Source: an uncultured Gemmatimonadaceae bacterium
GTDB taxonomy: Bacteria; Gemmatimonadota; Gemmatimonadetes; Gemmatimonadales; Gemmatimonadaceae
Length of the DNA stretch: 64,000 nucleotides
Assembly (NCBI GenBank): GCA_963822945.1
Contig: CAWGJO010000041.1
Location: 1-64,000, forward strand
Direction: 5' to 3'
Both the position numbers and the translations under genes were made by a program. The notes below the pieces were generated by a model. That model was given only the letters and a program-made list of their open reading frames with translations, was not told where the DNA came from and ran no database searches. Below are positions 51,025 through 62,302 of the stretch, one piece after another (the stretch's first letter is position 1; each line of letters opens with the position of its first letter).

Positions 51025-51894
51025 GTGGCCAAGTCTTCGAAATCCCGGAAGTCGTCCCGACCCCCCGCCTCCACCAACGTCGTCGCCGAAGCCCGCAAGG
51101 GGCGCGGGGGCAAGGCGAAGTCGGGGCCGCAGCGCAGCTGGGTCTGGGAGAACATCAAGTCGTTGGGCGGTGCGATCCTGATCTTCCTCTTCATCCGCAC
51201 CTTCTTCGTCGAGGCGTTCAAGATCCCCTCGGGGAGCATGATCCCGACGCTGCTCGTGGGCGACTGGCTGTTCGTGAACAAGGCGGTCTACGGCCCGGCG
51301 ATCCCGTTCACCAACGTCCATCTGCCGGGATATTCCGATCCGCACCGCGGCGACGTCGTGGTGTTCATCTCGCCGTACCAGGCCGACGAGGCACAGCTGG
51401 GCCACGATCCCACGCCCACGCTCGTCAAACGGCTCATCGGTATGCCGGGTGACACGCTGTACATGCGCGGCGGCGTGGTGTACGTGGACGGCATTGCCCA
51501 GCGCCAGGGCTTCGGCGCGCGCGGTTACGTGGGCGACCCGGCGCAGAACCGTCCCGACGACACCTCGCCCCTGTTCGCGTGGCAGCAGCGCATCGCGCTC
51601 CACGACACGCGCTTCGGGTCGGCTCCCGCTGTGCCCACGCACGACAACTGGGGGCCGCTGCTCATTCCGGCCGGCGACTACTTCATGATGGGCGACAATC
51701 GGTACTGCTCCAAGGACAGCCGCTACTGGGGCGTCGTGCCGCGGGCCAACGTGCGCGGCCGGCCGATCTTCGTGTACTACTCATACAAACCGAGCCCGGG
51801 CGGGCTGAACGACTGCGACGGCGAGGCCAGTGACCGCCCGCTGTCGTTCATCACGGACATCCGCTGGGGCCGGATCGGACACATCATCCGGTAA
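51025..51894 (+). CDS. lepB: Signal peptidase I
   Basis: EAFKIPSGSMIPTLLVGD, RGDVVVF, LVKRLIGMPGD, MMGDNR..SKDSRYWG. Confidence 0.96.
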   Translation: MAKSSKSRKSSRPPASTNVVAEARKGRGGKAKSGPQRSWVWENIKSLGGAILIFLFIRTFFVEAFKIPSGSMIPTLLVGDWLFVNKAVYGPAIPFTNVHLPGYSDPHRGDVVVFISPYQADEAQLGHDPTPTLVKRLIGMPGDTLYMRGGVVYVDGIAQRQGFGARGYVGDPAQNRPDDTSPLFAWQQRIALHDTRFGSAPAVPTHDNWGPLLIPAGDYFMMGDNRYCSKDSRYWGVVPRANVRGRPIFVYYSYKPSPGGLNDCDGEASDRPLSFITDIRWGRIGHIIR

Positions 51895-51898
51895 GCTC

Positions 51899-51929
51899 GA
51901 CGGTCGGACAGTCGGACAGTCAGACAGTC
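51899..51929. repeat. 8-bp tandem array
   Basis: GACGGTCG GACAGTCG GACAGTCA GACAGTC. Confidence 0.7.
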
Positions 51930-51952
51930 AAATCGTCCCTGGAGTTCGGAAC

Positions 51953-53038
<1,086 letters not shown>

Positions 53039-53078
53039 CGTCGGGTTCGGCTCGCCTTCTTCTCTTGCCGGCCGCTGG

Positions 53079-55592
53079 ATGAATCGCTGGTCGCTCCTGC
53101 ACCACCGCACGGAACGCCTCATCGCGCTCTCCCAGTTGGCCTGCCTGGCAACCCTGGGCGCGCTGCTGGCCACGTCGCGCTGGCAGCAGCCGGCGCTGGT
53201 CAACGGCGCGTTCGTGGTCTCGCTGGCGGTGTTCGCGCTGGCGGCGTTCGGTATCGCATCCCGCACCCGGCGACTGCCGCGCGCCCTGTTTGGGGGATTC
53301 GCGGCGGCGGCGGCGTTGCTGTTCGTGGCCGAGATCGCGGGGCAGCTGCTGCCGGCGTCGGCGCTGGCCGACGCCATGCACGCCGTGGGCGCCACCGACA
53401 AGGCGATTCTGGTGGCCACGCTGAACACGCTGCTTCCGCTGTACGCGCGGGCCTCGCTCGCCGCGCAGGAACGCGCCGCCGACGTCCTCGAGCAGAGTAT
53501 GCTGGCCGAGCGCACGCTCTCGGCCACGCTCGAGACCCGCGTGGCCATGCGCACCGCCGAGCTGGAGGACACCCAGCGCGTGCTCCAGCGCATGTGGCGC
53601 CTGGGGCAGCAGATCTCGCTGGAACTCGACCCCGCGCGCGTGCTGGAACGGTTCGTGGATGCGGCCAGCGACATCGCGCAGGCCGACGGCGCGGCCATCG
53701 GGCTGCTGGGCGACCACGGCACGGTGCGCGTGCCGGTGGCGCGCGGCGCGCTGGTGGGGCGCACCGGCTGGCACGGATCCGCGTCGGGGTCGGCCATCGA
53801 ACGCGTGATCCGATCGGGCACGCCCTGGGTCGTGGCCGACACGCGCGCCGGCGCCGGCCCTGCCGCGGCGCCGATCTTCCCCGACGCGGACGTCGAGTTC
53901 CGCAGCGGCGCCGTGCTCCCGATCTCGAGGCGCGGCGAACGTATCGGCGCCGTGGCGCTGGTGCGCCGCGCGGCGAATCCGTTCACCGACGTGACCATCG
54001 AACGCGTCAACGCAATGACGGATCTGCTGAACGTGGCGCTGGAGAACGCCGAACTGGTGGAAACGCTGCGCCGCGCGGAATGGCGCTTCCGCACGCTCTT
54101 CCGGTCGGCCCCCGATGCGGTGTTCACGGTGCTGCGCAGCGGGCGGATTCGCGAAGCCAACGACGCGGCGTCGGAAATTCTGGGCCTCGACACGGTCCGG
54201 ATGGTCGGGCGGCGCCTGAGCGACCTGGCGGACGAGGACGACCGCGCGCCCCTGGACGAGGCGTTGGCCGCCACCTTCGAGGGCCGTCCGGCGCGTCTGG
54301 AGTTGACCTTCCGCGGCACGCCGGGCGGGCCGTCGCACGTGGTGTCGCTGGCTGCGAGCCTGTTGCCCGAAGCCGATCCGCCCAGCGTCCTCGTCGTGGC
54401 CCGCGACATGACCGCGGAGCGCGAGATGCGCGGGCGGCTCATGGAGTCGGACCGCCTGGCCGCCGTGGGCGAACTGGTGGCCGGCGTGGCGCACGAGGTG
54501 AACAATCCGCTCAGCAGCATCAGCGCCTACGCCCAGCTCCTGCTGCGCGATCCGGACATCGCTCCCGGCCTGCGCGAGCACGTGGAGGTGATCCGCTCGG
54601 AAACGACGCGCGCCGCCCAGGTGGTGAAGGACCTGCTCGCGTTCGCGCGTCGCAGCGAGCCCCGGCACGAACCGCTGGACCTGAACATGGTCGTGGCGCG
54701 CACCGTCCGCATGCGGGCCTTCCAGCTCGCCTCCAATCGCGTGGTGCTGGAGCAGGCGCTGGCCAAGACGCTGCCGGCCGTCATCGGAGATGCGCGCCAG
54801 CTGCAGCAGGTCTGCCTGAATCTCGTCACCAACGCCCTGCAGGCCATGGGCACGGCGGGAGGCGGCACGCTCGTCATCACCACCCACTCGGCCGACGGCG
54901 AGGTGGTGCTCGACGTGAGCGACACCGGCCCCGGCATTCCCGCCGAGGTGCGGGCGCGCATCTTCGAACCCTTCTTCACCACCAAGAAGGAGGGGGAGGG
55001 CACCGGACTCGGCCTCAGCGTGAGCTACGGCATCGTCACCGCGCACCACGGTCGCATCGAGATGGTCGACACGTCGGAGCGGGGCACCACCTTCCGCGTT
55101 CGCCTGCCCGCCGCCGAGACCCACGTCTCCGACGGGGCGCCGGCCGAGGCGTCGCCGCTGAACCTGCGGTCGCCGATCGCCGGCATCCGGATGCTGTTCG
55201 TGGACGACGAACCGGCGCTCCGGAAGGGCATCACCGCCTACGGCCAGGCGCGCGGCTTCACCGTGATCACCGCCGACAGCGGGGAAGCCGCGCTCGCCGT
55301 CATTCGCGAGACCAACGTGGACGCGATCGTGTGCGACATCCGCATGAAGGGGATGGACGGTTACGCGTTTCATGATTGGCTGCGCCACGAGCGGCCCGGC
55401 CTCGCCACGCGCACGGTGTTCATCACGGGCGACGTGGTGACGACGGGCCCCCGGCCGTCGGTCCGCCAGCCCGTGCTGGCCAAACCGTTCAGCTTCGAAC
55501 GGCTCGAAGCATCCCTCATTGCCGTTATCCAGGGGCGGCCGTACGATCCGGGACATCCGAGCCCGGTTCACGGGTCGCAGCGAATACCATAA
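53079..55592 (+). CDS. Membrane hybrid sensor kinase (TM-GAF-PAS-HisKA-HATPase-REC)
   Basis: AHEVNNPL, NLVTNA, DTGPGI, FEPFFTTK, GTGLGL; C-terminal VDDE..DIRMKGMDG..KP. Confidence 0.92.
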   Translation: MNRWSLLHHRTERLIALSQLACLATLGALLATSRWQQPALVNGAFVVSLAVFALAAFGIASRTRRLPRALFGGFAAAAALLFVAEIAGQLLPASALADAMHAVGATDKAILVATLNTLLPLYARASLAAQERAADVLEQSMLAERTLSATLETRVAMRTAELEDTQRVLQRMWRLGQQISLELDPARVLERFVDAASDIAQADGAAIGLLGDHGTVRVPVARGALVGRTGWHGSASGSAIERVIRSGTPWVVADTRAGAGPAAAPIFPDADVEFRSGAVLPISRRGERIGAVALVRRAANPFTDVTIERVNAMTDLLNVALENAELVETLRRAEWRFRTLFRSAPDAVFTVLRSGRIREANDAASEILGLDTVRMVGRRLSDLADEDDRAPLDEALAATFEGRPARLELTFRGTPGGPSHVVSLAASLLPEADPPSVLVVARDMTAEREMRGRLMESDRLAAVGELVAGVAHEVNNPLSSISAYAQLLLRDPDIAPGLREHVEVIRSETTRAAQVVKDLLAFARRSEPRHEPLDLNMVVARTVRMRAFQLASNRVVLEQALAKTLPAVIGDARQLQQVCLNLVTNALQAMGTAGGGTLVITTHSADGEVVLDVSDTGPGIPAEVRARIFEPFFTTKKEGEGTGLGLSVSYGIVTAHHGRIEMVDTSERGTTFRVRLPAAETHVSDGAPAEASPLNLRSPIAGIRMLFVDDEPALRKGITAYGQARGFTVITADSGEAALAVIRETNVDAIVCDIRMKGMDGYAFHDWLRHERPGLATRTVFITGDVVTTGPRPSVRQPVLAKPFSFERLEASLIAVIQGRPYDPGHPSPVHGSQRIP

Positions 55593-55665
55593 GTTGGGAT
55601 GTGGGGCGCCACGGCGGCGATCCAATTCCGGCCTCACGCGGTCTGACAGGACGAACCCACGAGCT

Positions 55666-56196
55666 ATGGTACCCTACTTTCCCCGGCATACGGTCGAACT
55701 GCGGCTCGAAGAGACGAAGGCGTTTCGCCGCTTGTCGTTCAACCTGCTCGAGATGGCGCTCGTCACCGGGGTGGTCCTGCGGTTCTACCGCGCGATCGTG
55801 CTGACCCACGGATCGGCCACGAGCTGGCTGTACATCGTCGGCACGTTCGTGCTCGGTATCGTGTTCGTGTGCAGCATGACCACGGGGCACCTGGCCAACT
55901 ATCCGCTGCGAAAGTGGATCTGGCGCGCGCCGCTGTTCGCCCTCGGGGTCGTGGTGGGCGAGATGGTCACGAGCCTCCTCCTGATCTTCGTGGGTCGCGA
56001 GCCCACCGGGACGGCGCGCGCCGGCTGGCACGACTGGCCGGGCATGGCGCTGAGCACCTTCTGGACACGGGAACTGACCGTGTGTGCCTGGGCCGCGCTC
56101 CTGGCCCTCATCGTCACCGTGGTGCGCCGGACCATCCTGGCCGCCGAACGGTACGGCAAGCACGAGCGGGAGCGCGAACAGCACTCCGGGCTCTGA
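55666..56196 (+). CDS. Hypothetical membrane protein (about 4 TM)
   Basis: Hydrophobic segments, typical codon usage; ATG 55666 within ORF 55519..56196. Confidence 0.7.
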   Translation: MVPYFPRHTVELRLEETKAFRRLSFNLLEMALVTGVVLRFYRAIVLTHGSATSWLYIVGTFVLGIVFVCSMTTGHLANYPLRKWIWRAPLFALGVVVGEMVTSLLLIFVGREPTGTARAGWHDWPGMALSTFWTRELTVCAWAALLALIVTVVRRTILAAERYGKHEREREQHSGL

Positions 56197-56205
56197 CCGC
56201 CGCCC

Positions 56206-57306
56206 ATGCGACCGCCGCCCTTCAGGCTGGAACGCTACTTCGCGGATCGGGAGTTCTCGGCGCCCTACCAGCTCTCCGGGTCCGATTGCGAGACGTTGAG
56301 CGTCGGCGACCTGCTGGCCCTCGTGCCGGACGCGGCGCGACAACTGGCGGAACTGCCGTTGGGGTACACCGAGAGCGCCGGCGCGCCGGCGCTGCGTACC
56401 GCCATAGCCGCGCTATACGACGATCTGAGCCCCGATGGCGTGCTGGTGCACTCCGGAGCCCAGGAAGCCGTGTTCACGCTGTCAAACGCGCTCCTGAGCG
56501 CCGGCGACCACGCCATCGTTCAGTGGCCGTGCTACCAGTCGCTGGCCGAGCTCCCGAAGGCGGCGGGCGCTGCCGTGTCGCTCTGGCGGGCCGATCCGGC
56601 CACCTGGGCGCCCGACCCCGGCGAACTGGCCAAGCTCGTGCGCCCGGAGACACGGCTGCTGGTCGTCAACTCGCCGCACAATCCCACGGGGCACCATTTC
56701 GACCGGGAGGCGTTCGATGCGATCGTGTCCTTCGCGCGCCACCACGGCCTGGTGCTGCTGTTCGACGAGGTCTACCGCGGGTTGGAGTACTCGCCTGAGG
56801 ACCGGCTGCCCGCGGCGTGCGACGTGTACGAACGCGCCGTGTCGCTGGGGGTGATGTCCAAGGCGTACGGGCTGGCCGGACTGCGCATCGGCTGGCTGGC
56901 CTCGCGCGATGCCGCCCTGCTGGCGGGGGCGGCGGCCGTGAAGGACTACACGACCATCTGCAGCAGCGCGCCGAGCGAACTGCTGGCCACGGCGGCCCTG
57001 GCCACCGGCGAGACGATCCTCGAGCGGAACCGGGGGATCGTGCGCGGCAACCTGGAACGGCTTCGTGAATTCTTCGCCCGCCGCGAGGAGCGGTGGCGGT
57101 GGACGCCGCCGCGGGCGGGGTCGGTGACCTTCCCGACGCTCCGGCACGGCGAGCCGGACGCCTTCTGCGCCGACGTGCTCGAGCGGACCGGCGTCCTGTT
57201 GCTGCCCGGCACGGTGTTCCACCGCGACAGCCGCGAGGTGCGGCTGGGGTTCGGGCGGCGGAACATGCCCGAAGCACTGGCCCGCCTGGACGAGGCGTTG
57301 CCCTGA
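56206..57306 (+). CDS. Class I/II PLP-dependent aminotransferase
   Basis: NSPHNPTG, FDEVYR, MSKAYGLAGLRIGW, RLGFG. Confidence 0.92.
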   Translation: MRPPPFRLERYFADREFSAPYQLSGSDCETLSVGDLLALVPDAARQLAELPLGYTESAGAPALRTAIAALYDDLSPDGVLVHSGAQEAVFTLSNALLSAGDHAIVQWPCYQSLAELPKAAGAAVSLWRADPATWAPDPGELAKLVRPETRLLVVNSPHNPTGHHFDREAFDAIVSFARHHGLVLLFDEVYRGLEYSPEDRLPAACDVYERAVSLGVMSKAYGLAGLRIGWLASRDAALLAGAAAVKDYTTICSSAPSELLATAALATGETILERNRGIVRGNLERLREFFARREERWRWTPPRAGSVTFPTLRHGEPDAFCADVLERTGVLLLPGTVFHRDSREVRLGFGRRNMPEALARLDEALP

Positions 57307-57336
57307 CGGCCGCGCCGGCGTGTTTCCCCTGGACGT

Positions 57337-57348
57337 TATATTCCCCCC
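57337..57348 (+). promoter_or_regulatory. Putative -10 box giving a leaderless groES-like mRNA
   Basis: TATATT-CCCCCC-ATG, no SD. Confidence 0.5.
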
Positions 57349-57714
57349 ATGCAGCGGAAGAAGAAGGAATTGATCGTGGTCGGCGACCGCGTCCTCGTGA
57401 AGGTGGAGAGCGGCGAGGAGCGCACCAACGTCGGGCTGTATCTCCCGCCCACGGCCGTGGACAACCAGGCCGTGCAGGGGGGCACGATCGTCGCTACCGG
57501 GCCGGGGCTGCCGTTGCCGAGCCCCGATGCGGGCAGCGACGAGCCGTGGCGCGAGCCGGCGCGCGAAACGCGATTCGTTCCCATGCAGGCGCGCGAGGGT
57601 GACTACGCGCTGTTCTTCCGCAAGGCTGCGGTGGAGATCACGTTCGACAACGAGCGCTATCTCGTCGTTCCGCAGCAGGCCGTTCTCGCGCTCGTGCGCG
57701 ACGACAAGTACTGA
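57349..57714 (+). CDS. Divergent GroES/Cpn10 family co-chaperonin (no adjacent groEL)
   Basis: GDRVLVK, T..GLYLP mobile loop, GTIVATGPG, EGD..F, YLVV..AVLA. Confidence 0.88.
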   Translation: MQRKKKELIVVGDRVLVKVESGEERTNVGLYLPPTAVDNQAVQGGTIVATGPGLPLPSPDAGSDEPWREPARETRFVPMQAREGDYALFFRKAAVEITFDNERYLVVPQQAVLALVRDDKY

Positions 57715-57726
57715 GGGAGTCCCGAT

Positions 57727-58170
57727 ATGAGCATGCAACTGCCGAATGCCCCGACGATGTATCCCGAGCCGCTGGTGGCGCCGATGCGCGCCGAACTGAC
57801 GGGGATCGGGTTCGCGGAACTGCGTACGCCCGACGAGGTGGACGCGGCGCTGAAGGACACCAAGGGCACGACGCTGGTGGTGGTGAACTCGGTGTGCGGC
57901 TGTTCGGCGCGCAATGCGCGGCCCGCCGCCGCCATGGCCATCCGCCACGCCAAGAAGCCCGCGCACCTGACCACGGTGTTCGCCGGCCAGGACGCCGAGG
58001 CCACGGCCCGCGCCCGCGGCTACTTCACCGGCTATCCGCCGTCGTCGCCGCAGATCGGGCTGCTCAAGGATGGCAAGCTCGTGTTCATGCTCGAGCGCTG
58101 GCAGATCGAGGGCCGGCCGGCTGAGGAGATCGCGAAGGATCTCGAAGCGGCGTTCGACGAATACTGCTGA
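57727..58170 (+). CDS. BrxA/BrxB family bacilliredoxin
   Basis: YPE.LVAPMRAELT, VNSVCGCSA..ARP, TVFAGQD, PPSSP, ER.QIEGR. Confidence 0.93.
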   Translation: MSMQLPNAPTMYPEPLVAPMRAELTGIGFAELRTPDEVDAALKDTKGTTLVVVNSVCGCSARNARPAAAMAIRHAKKPAHLTTVFAGQDAEATARARGYFTGYPPSSPQIGLLKDGKLVFMLERWQIEGRPAEEIAKDLEAAFDEYC

Positions 58171-58260
58171 GGTCCGGCCCGGCTGGTGAACGGGAAGGCC
58201 GCGGAACGGAACCCGAACACCCGCAACTGCGAGCCGAGTGTGGTCAGTCTTCGGTAACCC

Positions 58261-58331
58261 GTGGTCCGAAACGGCAACCGGGACACGTCTCCGTTGAATC
58301 GAGATGTGTCCCGGTTGCCGTTTCGGATCAC
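58261..58331 (+). terminator. 31-bp stem hairpin between convergent genes
   Basis: GTGGTCCGAAACGGCAACCGGGACACGTCTC / GAGATGTGTCCCGGTTGCCGTTTCGGATCAC with 9-nt loop; flanked by CTGACCA/CTGACTA heptamers. Confidence 0.8.
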
Positions 58332-58341
58332 TGACCACTGA

Positions 58342-61300
58342 CTACTGACGACGCCAAGCTGGTAGTTGCGCTTCTTCTCGTTCCCCGGTCAGTCGGCGGC
58401 CGTCACCCGCCCCGTCCGCCGCGTCCCCCACCCCCACCCCCGCCGCCACACCCCGACCGCCACCACCCCCGCGGCCGCCGAAGCCGAACGCCCGGCCCGG
58501 GCGGATCTCCCGCAGCGTGTTCGGGTCGAGGAACGCCGCCAGGAAGGGCGGAAGCTCGCGCAACTGGTCGCTGGTCAGCAGTCCCTTCACCCGCGGCGCG
58601 TACGCCACCAGCAGGTCGATGGTCGCGTTCTGCCCCTTGCTCACGTGGTCGTAGGCCTCGTCGAGGTTGAACTGCTCGGGCAGCCCCACCAGGTACTTGG
58701 CGATCGGTGTCCAGATGGAATCCACCGAGTTCGTGAATTCCTTGTTCCACCGGATCAGGCTGTCGGTCTGCTGATCGGAGAGCTTGAGCGAATCCTTCTG
58801 GCGCAGCATCTGATCGATGGGGTTGGGATACCCGCGCACGTAGCGGTTCTTGATCATCATCTCGCTCGGGCGTCCGGCCGCCGCGCCGCCGCGGCCGCCA
58901 CCACGCCCGCCGAAGCCGCCGGGCCGGCCGGCGCCGCCGCGTCCGCCGCCGCGCAGCAACTGCTCCAGCTGCTGCCGGTTCCGGTCCGGGCCCACGGCCA
59001 GGCGGACGTCGAGCGTGACGCGGAACGGCGCGTACGCGACGGTCTGGGCGATGGCCGAATTCCCGAACCGGGGATTGACCTCGTACGTGTACTGCTGCGT
59101 GGTCTGGTTGAACCCGCGCACGTACAGCAGCGTCGGATCGATGATCGGGGGCTGGCCCCAACCGCTCAGGTTGTTGCCGCCGTGCACCATCGCGTCGACA
59201 CCGGTGAGCGGGTTGGCCAGGTTCAGCCCGATGGTGACGCGCGACGGCAGCTTCACCGCGTCGGAGACGAGCTGGACGTTGATCGATCCCATGGAGAGCG
59301 ACCAGGGTCCCACGCAGCTGTTGCGGCCCGCGATCCGCCCGAGTTGGCTTGCCAGGCAGGCGCGCGGATTGCCGGAGAGGCTGTTCAGGAGCGCCTGCAT
59401 CCCGGTGCGCAGCGCGGGGTCGGTGGTCGTCGCGGGATCGAACACGAACGCACGATCGTTGGAGTAGCCGTCGCCGTTCACGTCACCCGCTACCATCGGC
59501 GTGAACCGGTTGCCCGAACTCGCGCGCACGAAGGTCGAGATGTTCACGGCGTTCTTGATCGTCACCGATCCGCTGAGGTCGAACTCGTGCTGCGCTCCGC
59601 TGCTCCCCCAGTAAGTGGCCAGCGGATCGCCGGCGGTGCTGCCGCCGAACCCCCGCGTCAGATCGCGCGTGTCGCGATAGACATAGGTGAGGGCCCAGCC
59701 GAGCGTCGAGTTGTACGCGCGCGGCGAGATGGAGAACTGCAGCTCCCGGGTGTCCGACCGCAGATCGGACGTCGTTTCGGTGACGCGGGAGAACGCCGGC
59801 GACACGCGGCCGGCGCCGGCGGCGACGGCCCCCGTGGCGGGCACGATGCTCGACGGCGCCACGTACACCGGGCGGCCGCCCTCGTCGGCGAGCGTGAACT
59901 GCGGCGTGTCCTGGAAGTTGAGGTCCACCGATCCGCGCTGGTCGAGGTTGCGGGAGTAGGTGAAGGTCAGGTTGCCGTTGAACATCGAGGTCAGCAGGCC
60001 GCGTACCCCGATGTTGGCGCGCCAGCTGCGCTGGGTGCGGAACGCGGGGTCGAACAGCGCGACGTTGGGCGCGACGTTCGAGAACACGCTGCCCGACGAG
60101 CCGTTCGCGCACGTGCTGGGAATCGAGGCCGGGTTCTGCGCGTAGGCGCGTCCAGTCTGGCGTCGGCGCCGCCGAGCCGACGCAGGTGATCTGCTGGGCG
60201 GCGCGTGGGCAGCCCCGTCTGATCCACGGCGTTCGACACCAGCGTCGCGGTGGGATTGTTGCGGAATTCGCCCACGCCGCCGGTGATCACGTAGCGCGGC
60301 GGCTGGAAGGCGCCGCGGAATCCCTCGATCTGCGGCATCGTGCCCACCTGCCAGCTGAATCCGAGGCGCGGGCTCACGGTGAAGTCGCTGGGCACGTCGT
60401 TGTTGGGAACGCCGAAGGTGCTCTGCACCAGCGGGTTGGCCTGGGGCGTGGTGCTGAACCGGCTCCCCTCCGCGCGCACGCCGTACTGGATCTGCACGCG
60501 GTCGGCGGGCCGCCAGGCGTCGCCGAGCGAGAACGCCAGGGTGGCCACGTCGCCCGAGCGCCGGGCCGGCACCAGACGGCGAGAGAACGAGGCCGGCAGC
60601 CCCGCCTCGAGGTCGGACAGCGAGTTGAACGTGAACGTCCCCCGCGAGTTCGCGTTCTGGTCCTGAATGAAGCGGCTCACCTGCAGATCCTCGGTGAGCT
60701 TGATGCGATGCGAGTTGTCGTCGGTGAACCAGGACGTCGCGTTCGACGCCTGCCACTGGTAGTTGGTGAGCTGCGACGGATAGCTCGAATTGCCGCCGAA
60801 CTGCAGGGTCGACACGCCCGACGTCCCGTCCGGGAAGTCGGAGGTCACGAGCACGCGCGCATCGGGCAGCGACAGGTAGCCGCTGGAGTTGTTGGTCGAT
60901 GCCGAGAGCGAGAGGCTGGTCTCGTCGAGGAAGCCCCAGCCGAAGTAGCCGGCATGGCTGAGTTGGAGCGTGCCCGACTTGCGGGTGCTCTGCCCTCCGT
61001 GCGCGGGCACGGCGTTCGTGGAGAGCGAGGCGGCGCCCGACTGGTTCCACGACCCGTTGAACAGCAGGCCCCACGTGTCGGTGCCGGTGGGCGAGAAGCT
61101 GAACTGGCTGAACAGCGCTCCCTGGTCGCTCAACCGGTTGCTGGGCACGGCGCCTACCGTGGTCGGAATGCCCGCTGAGTTCATGTAGGCGAGCAGCTGA
61201 TTCACCGAGTCCTGCGAGATCCCGACGCGCGCCAGCGCCGACGGGTCGGTGTTGAGCAGCGTTTGCAGGTCGCTCGTGCGCTGGCCGAACTGGAACGACG

Positions 61301-62168
61301 TGTTGTAGAACAGCTTGTTCCAGATGATGGGGCCGCTCAGCGATCCGCTGCCGATGATGTTCGTGTACTGCTGTCCCAGCGAGCGCGTGGTGGGCGCGGC
61401 CCATTGCAGGCCCGGGTTGTCGAAGGTGACGTGCAGGTTCCGGTTGATGTAGTTGGACCCGCTGTACGTGCGGGCCGTGATCTGCCCGCCGCTGAATCCG
61501 CCCCGCGAGGGGTCGAAGGTGGTGGTGGACATGCGCGCCGACACCTGCACGTCGCGCGGCAGCGTGCCGCCGAACGTGAGCCCGTTGAGCAGGACGCTGT
61601 TCTGGTCGGCGCCCAGCCCGAGCACCGAGAACCCCATCGTGCCGTCGGCGTTGGCGATGGCCGAGACGCCCGGCAGATACGCGGCCATGGCCGACAGATC
61701 GCCCATCGCGTCGATGGGGATGCCCGCCGTGTTGAAATTCTGTTCCACGCCGCCGATGTCCGGGCGGTTGTCGCCGGCGATCGGGCGCTGGCGGTTGGCG
61801 TTCACGCGTACGGTCTGCAGCTGCGTGGGCGCGGCTTCGAGCTTGGCGTTGGCGACGATCACCGCGTCGTCGTCGTTGACCTTCTGCACTTCGAAGCTCT
61901 TCGGCACCATGCCGAGGGCCACGAAGCTCATCATGTAGTCGCCGTCGCCGCCGGCGAAGATGATCGTGAAGCGTCCGTCCGATCCGGTCTTGCTGGTGCG
62001 CGTCGTCTCGTCGGTCATCGACTGCGCGCTCACCGAGACGTCGGCCACCGGCTTGCCGTTGGGCCCGGTGACGCGGCCGCGAATGATGTCGGCCGACCCG
62101 CCCTGGGCCGACGCGGTGGCTGCCGTGGCCGCGAGGGCCAGGATGGCGATGGCGAATGCTGCTTTCAT
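58342..62168 (-). CDS. TonB-dependent receptor-like protein (Oar-type) with C-terminal helical extension; frameshifts near 60203 and 60148; true stop may be 58403
   Basis: Signal peptide; CarboxypepD_reg; plug PGV..FDPSRGGFSGG; SRGTFTFNSL, YGVRAEG, SPRLGFSW, SGNRFTP..GDVNGDG.SNDR. Confidence 0.82.
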
Positions 62169-62302
62169 CGGAGAGTCCGGAAGACGGCCGACGTCGGGCG
62201 GTGCGCCCGTCGTTCACCCCAACCGTACGCGGAATCCTGGCGCCGCGTTGACCGCCGGCTCCGCCGAAAAACTCGCCTTAACGAACGCGCGAACGCGGCG
62301 TC

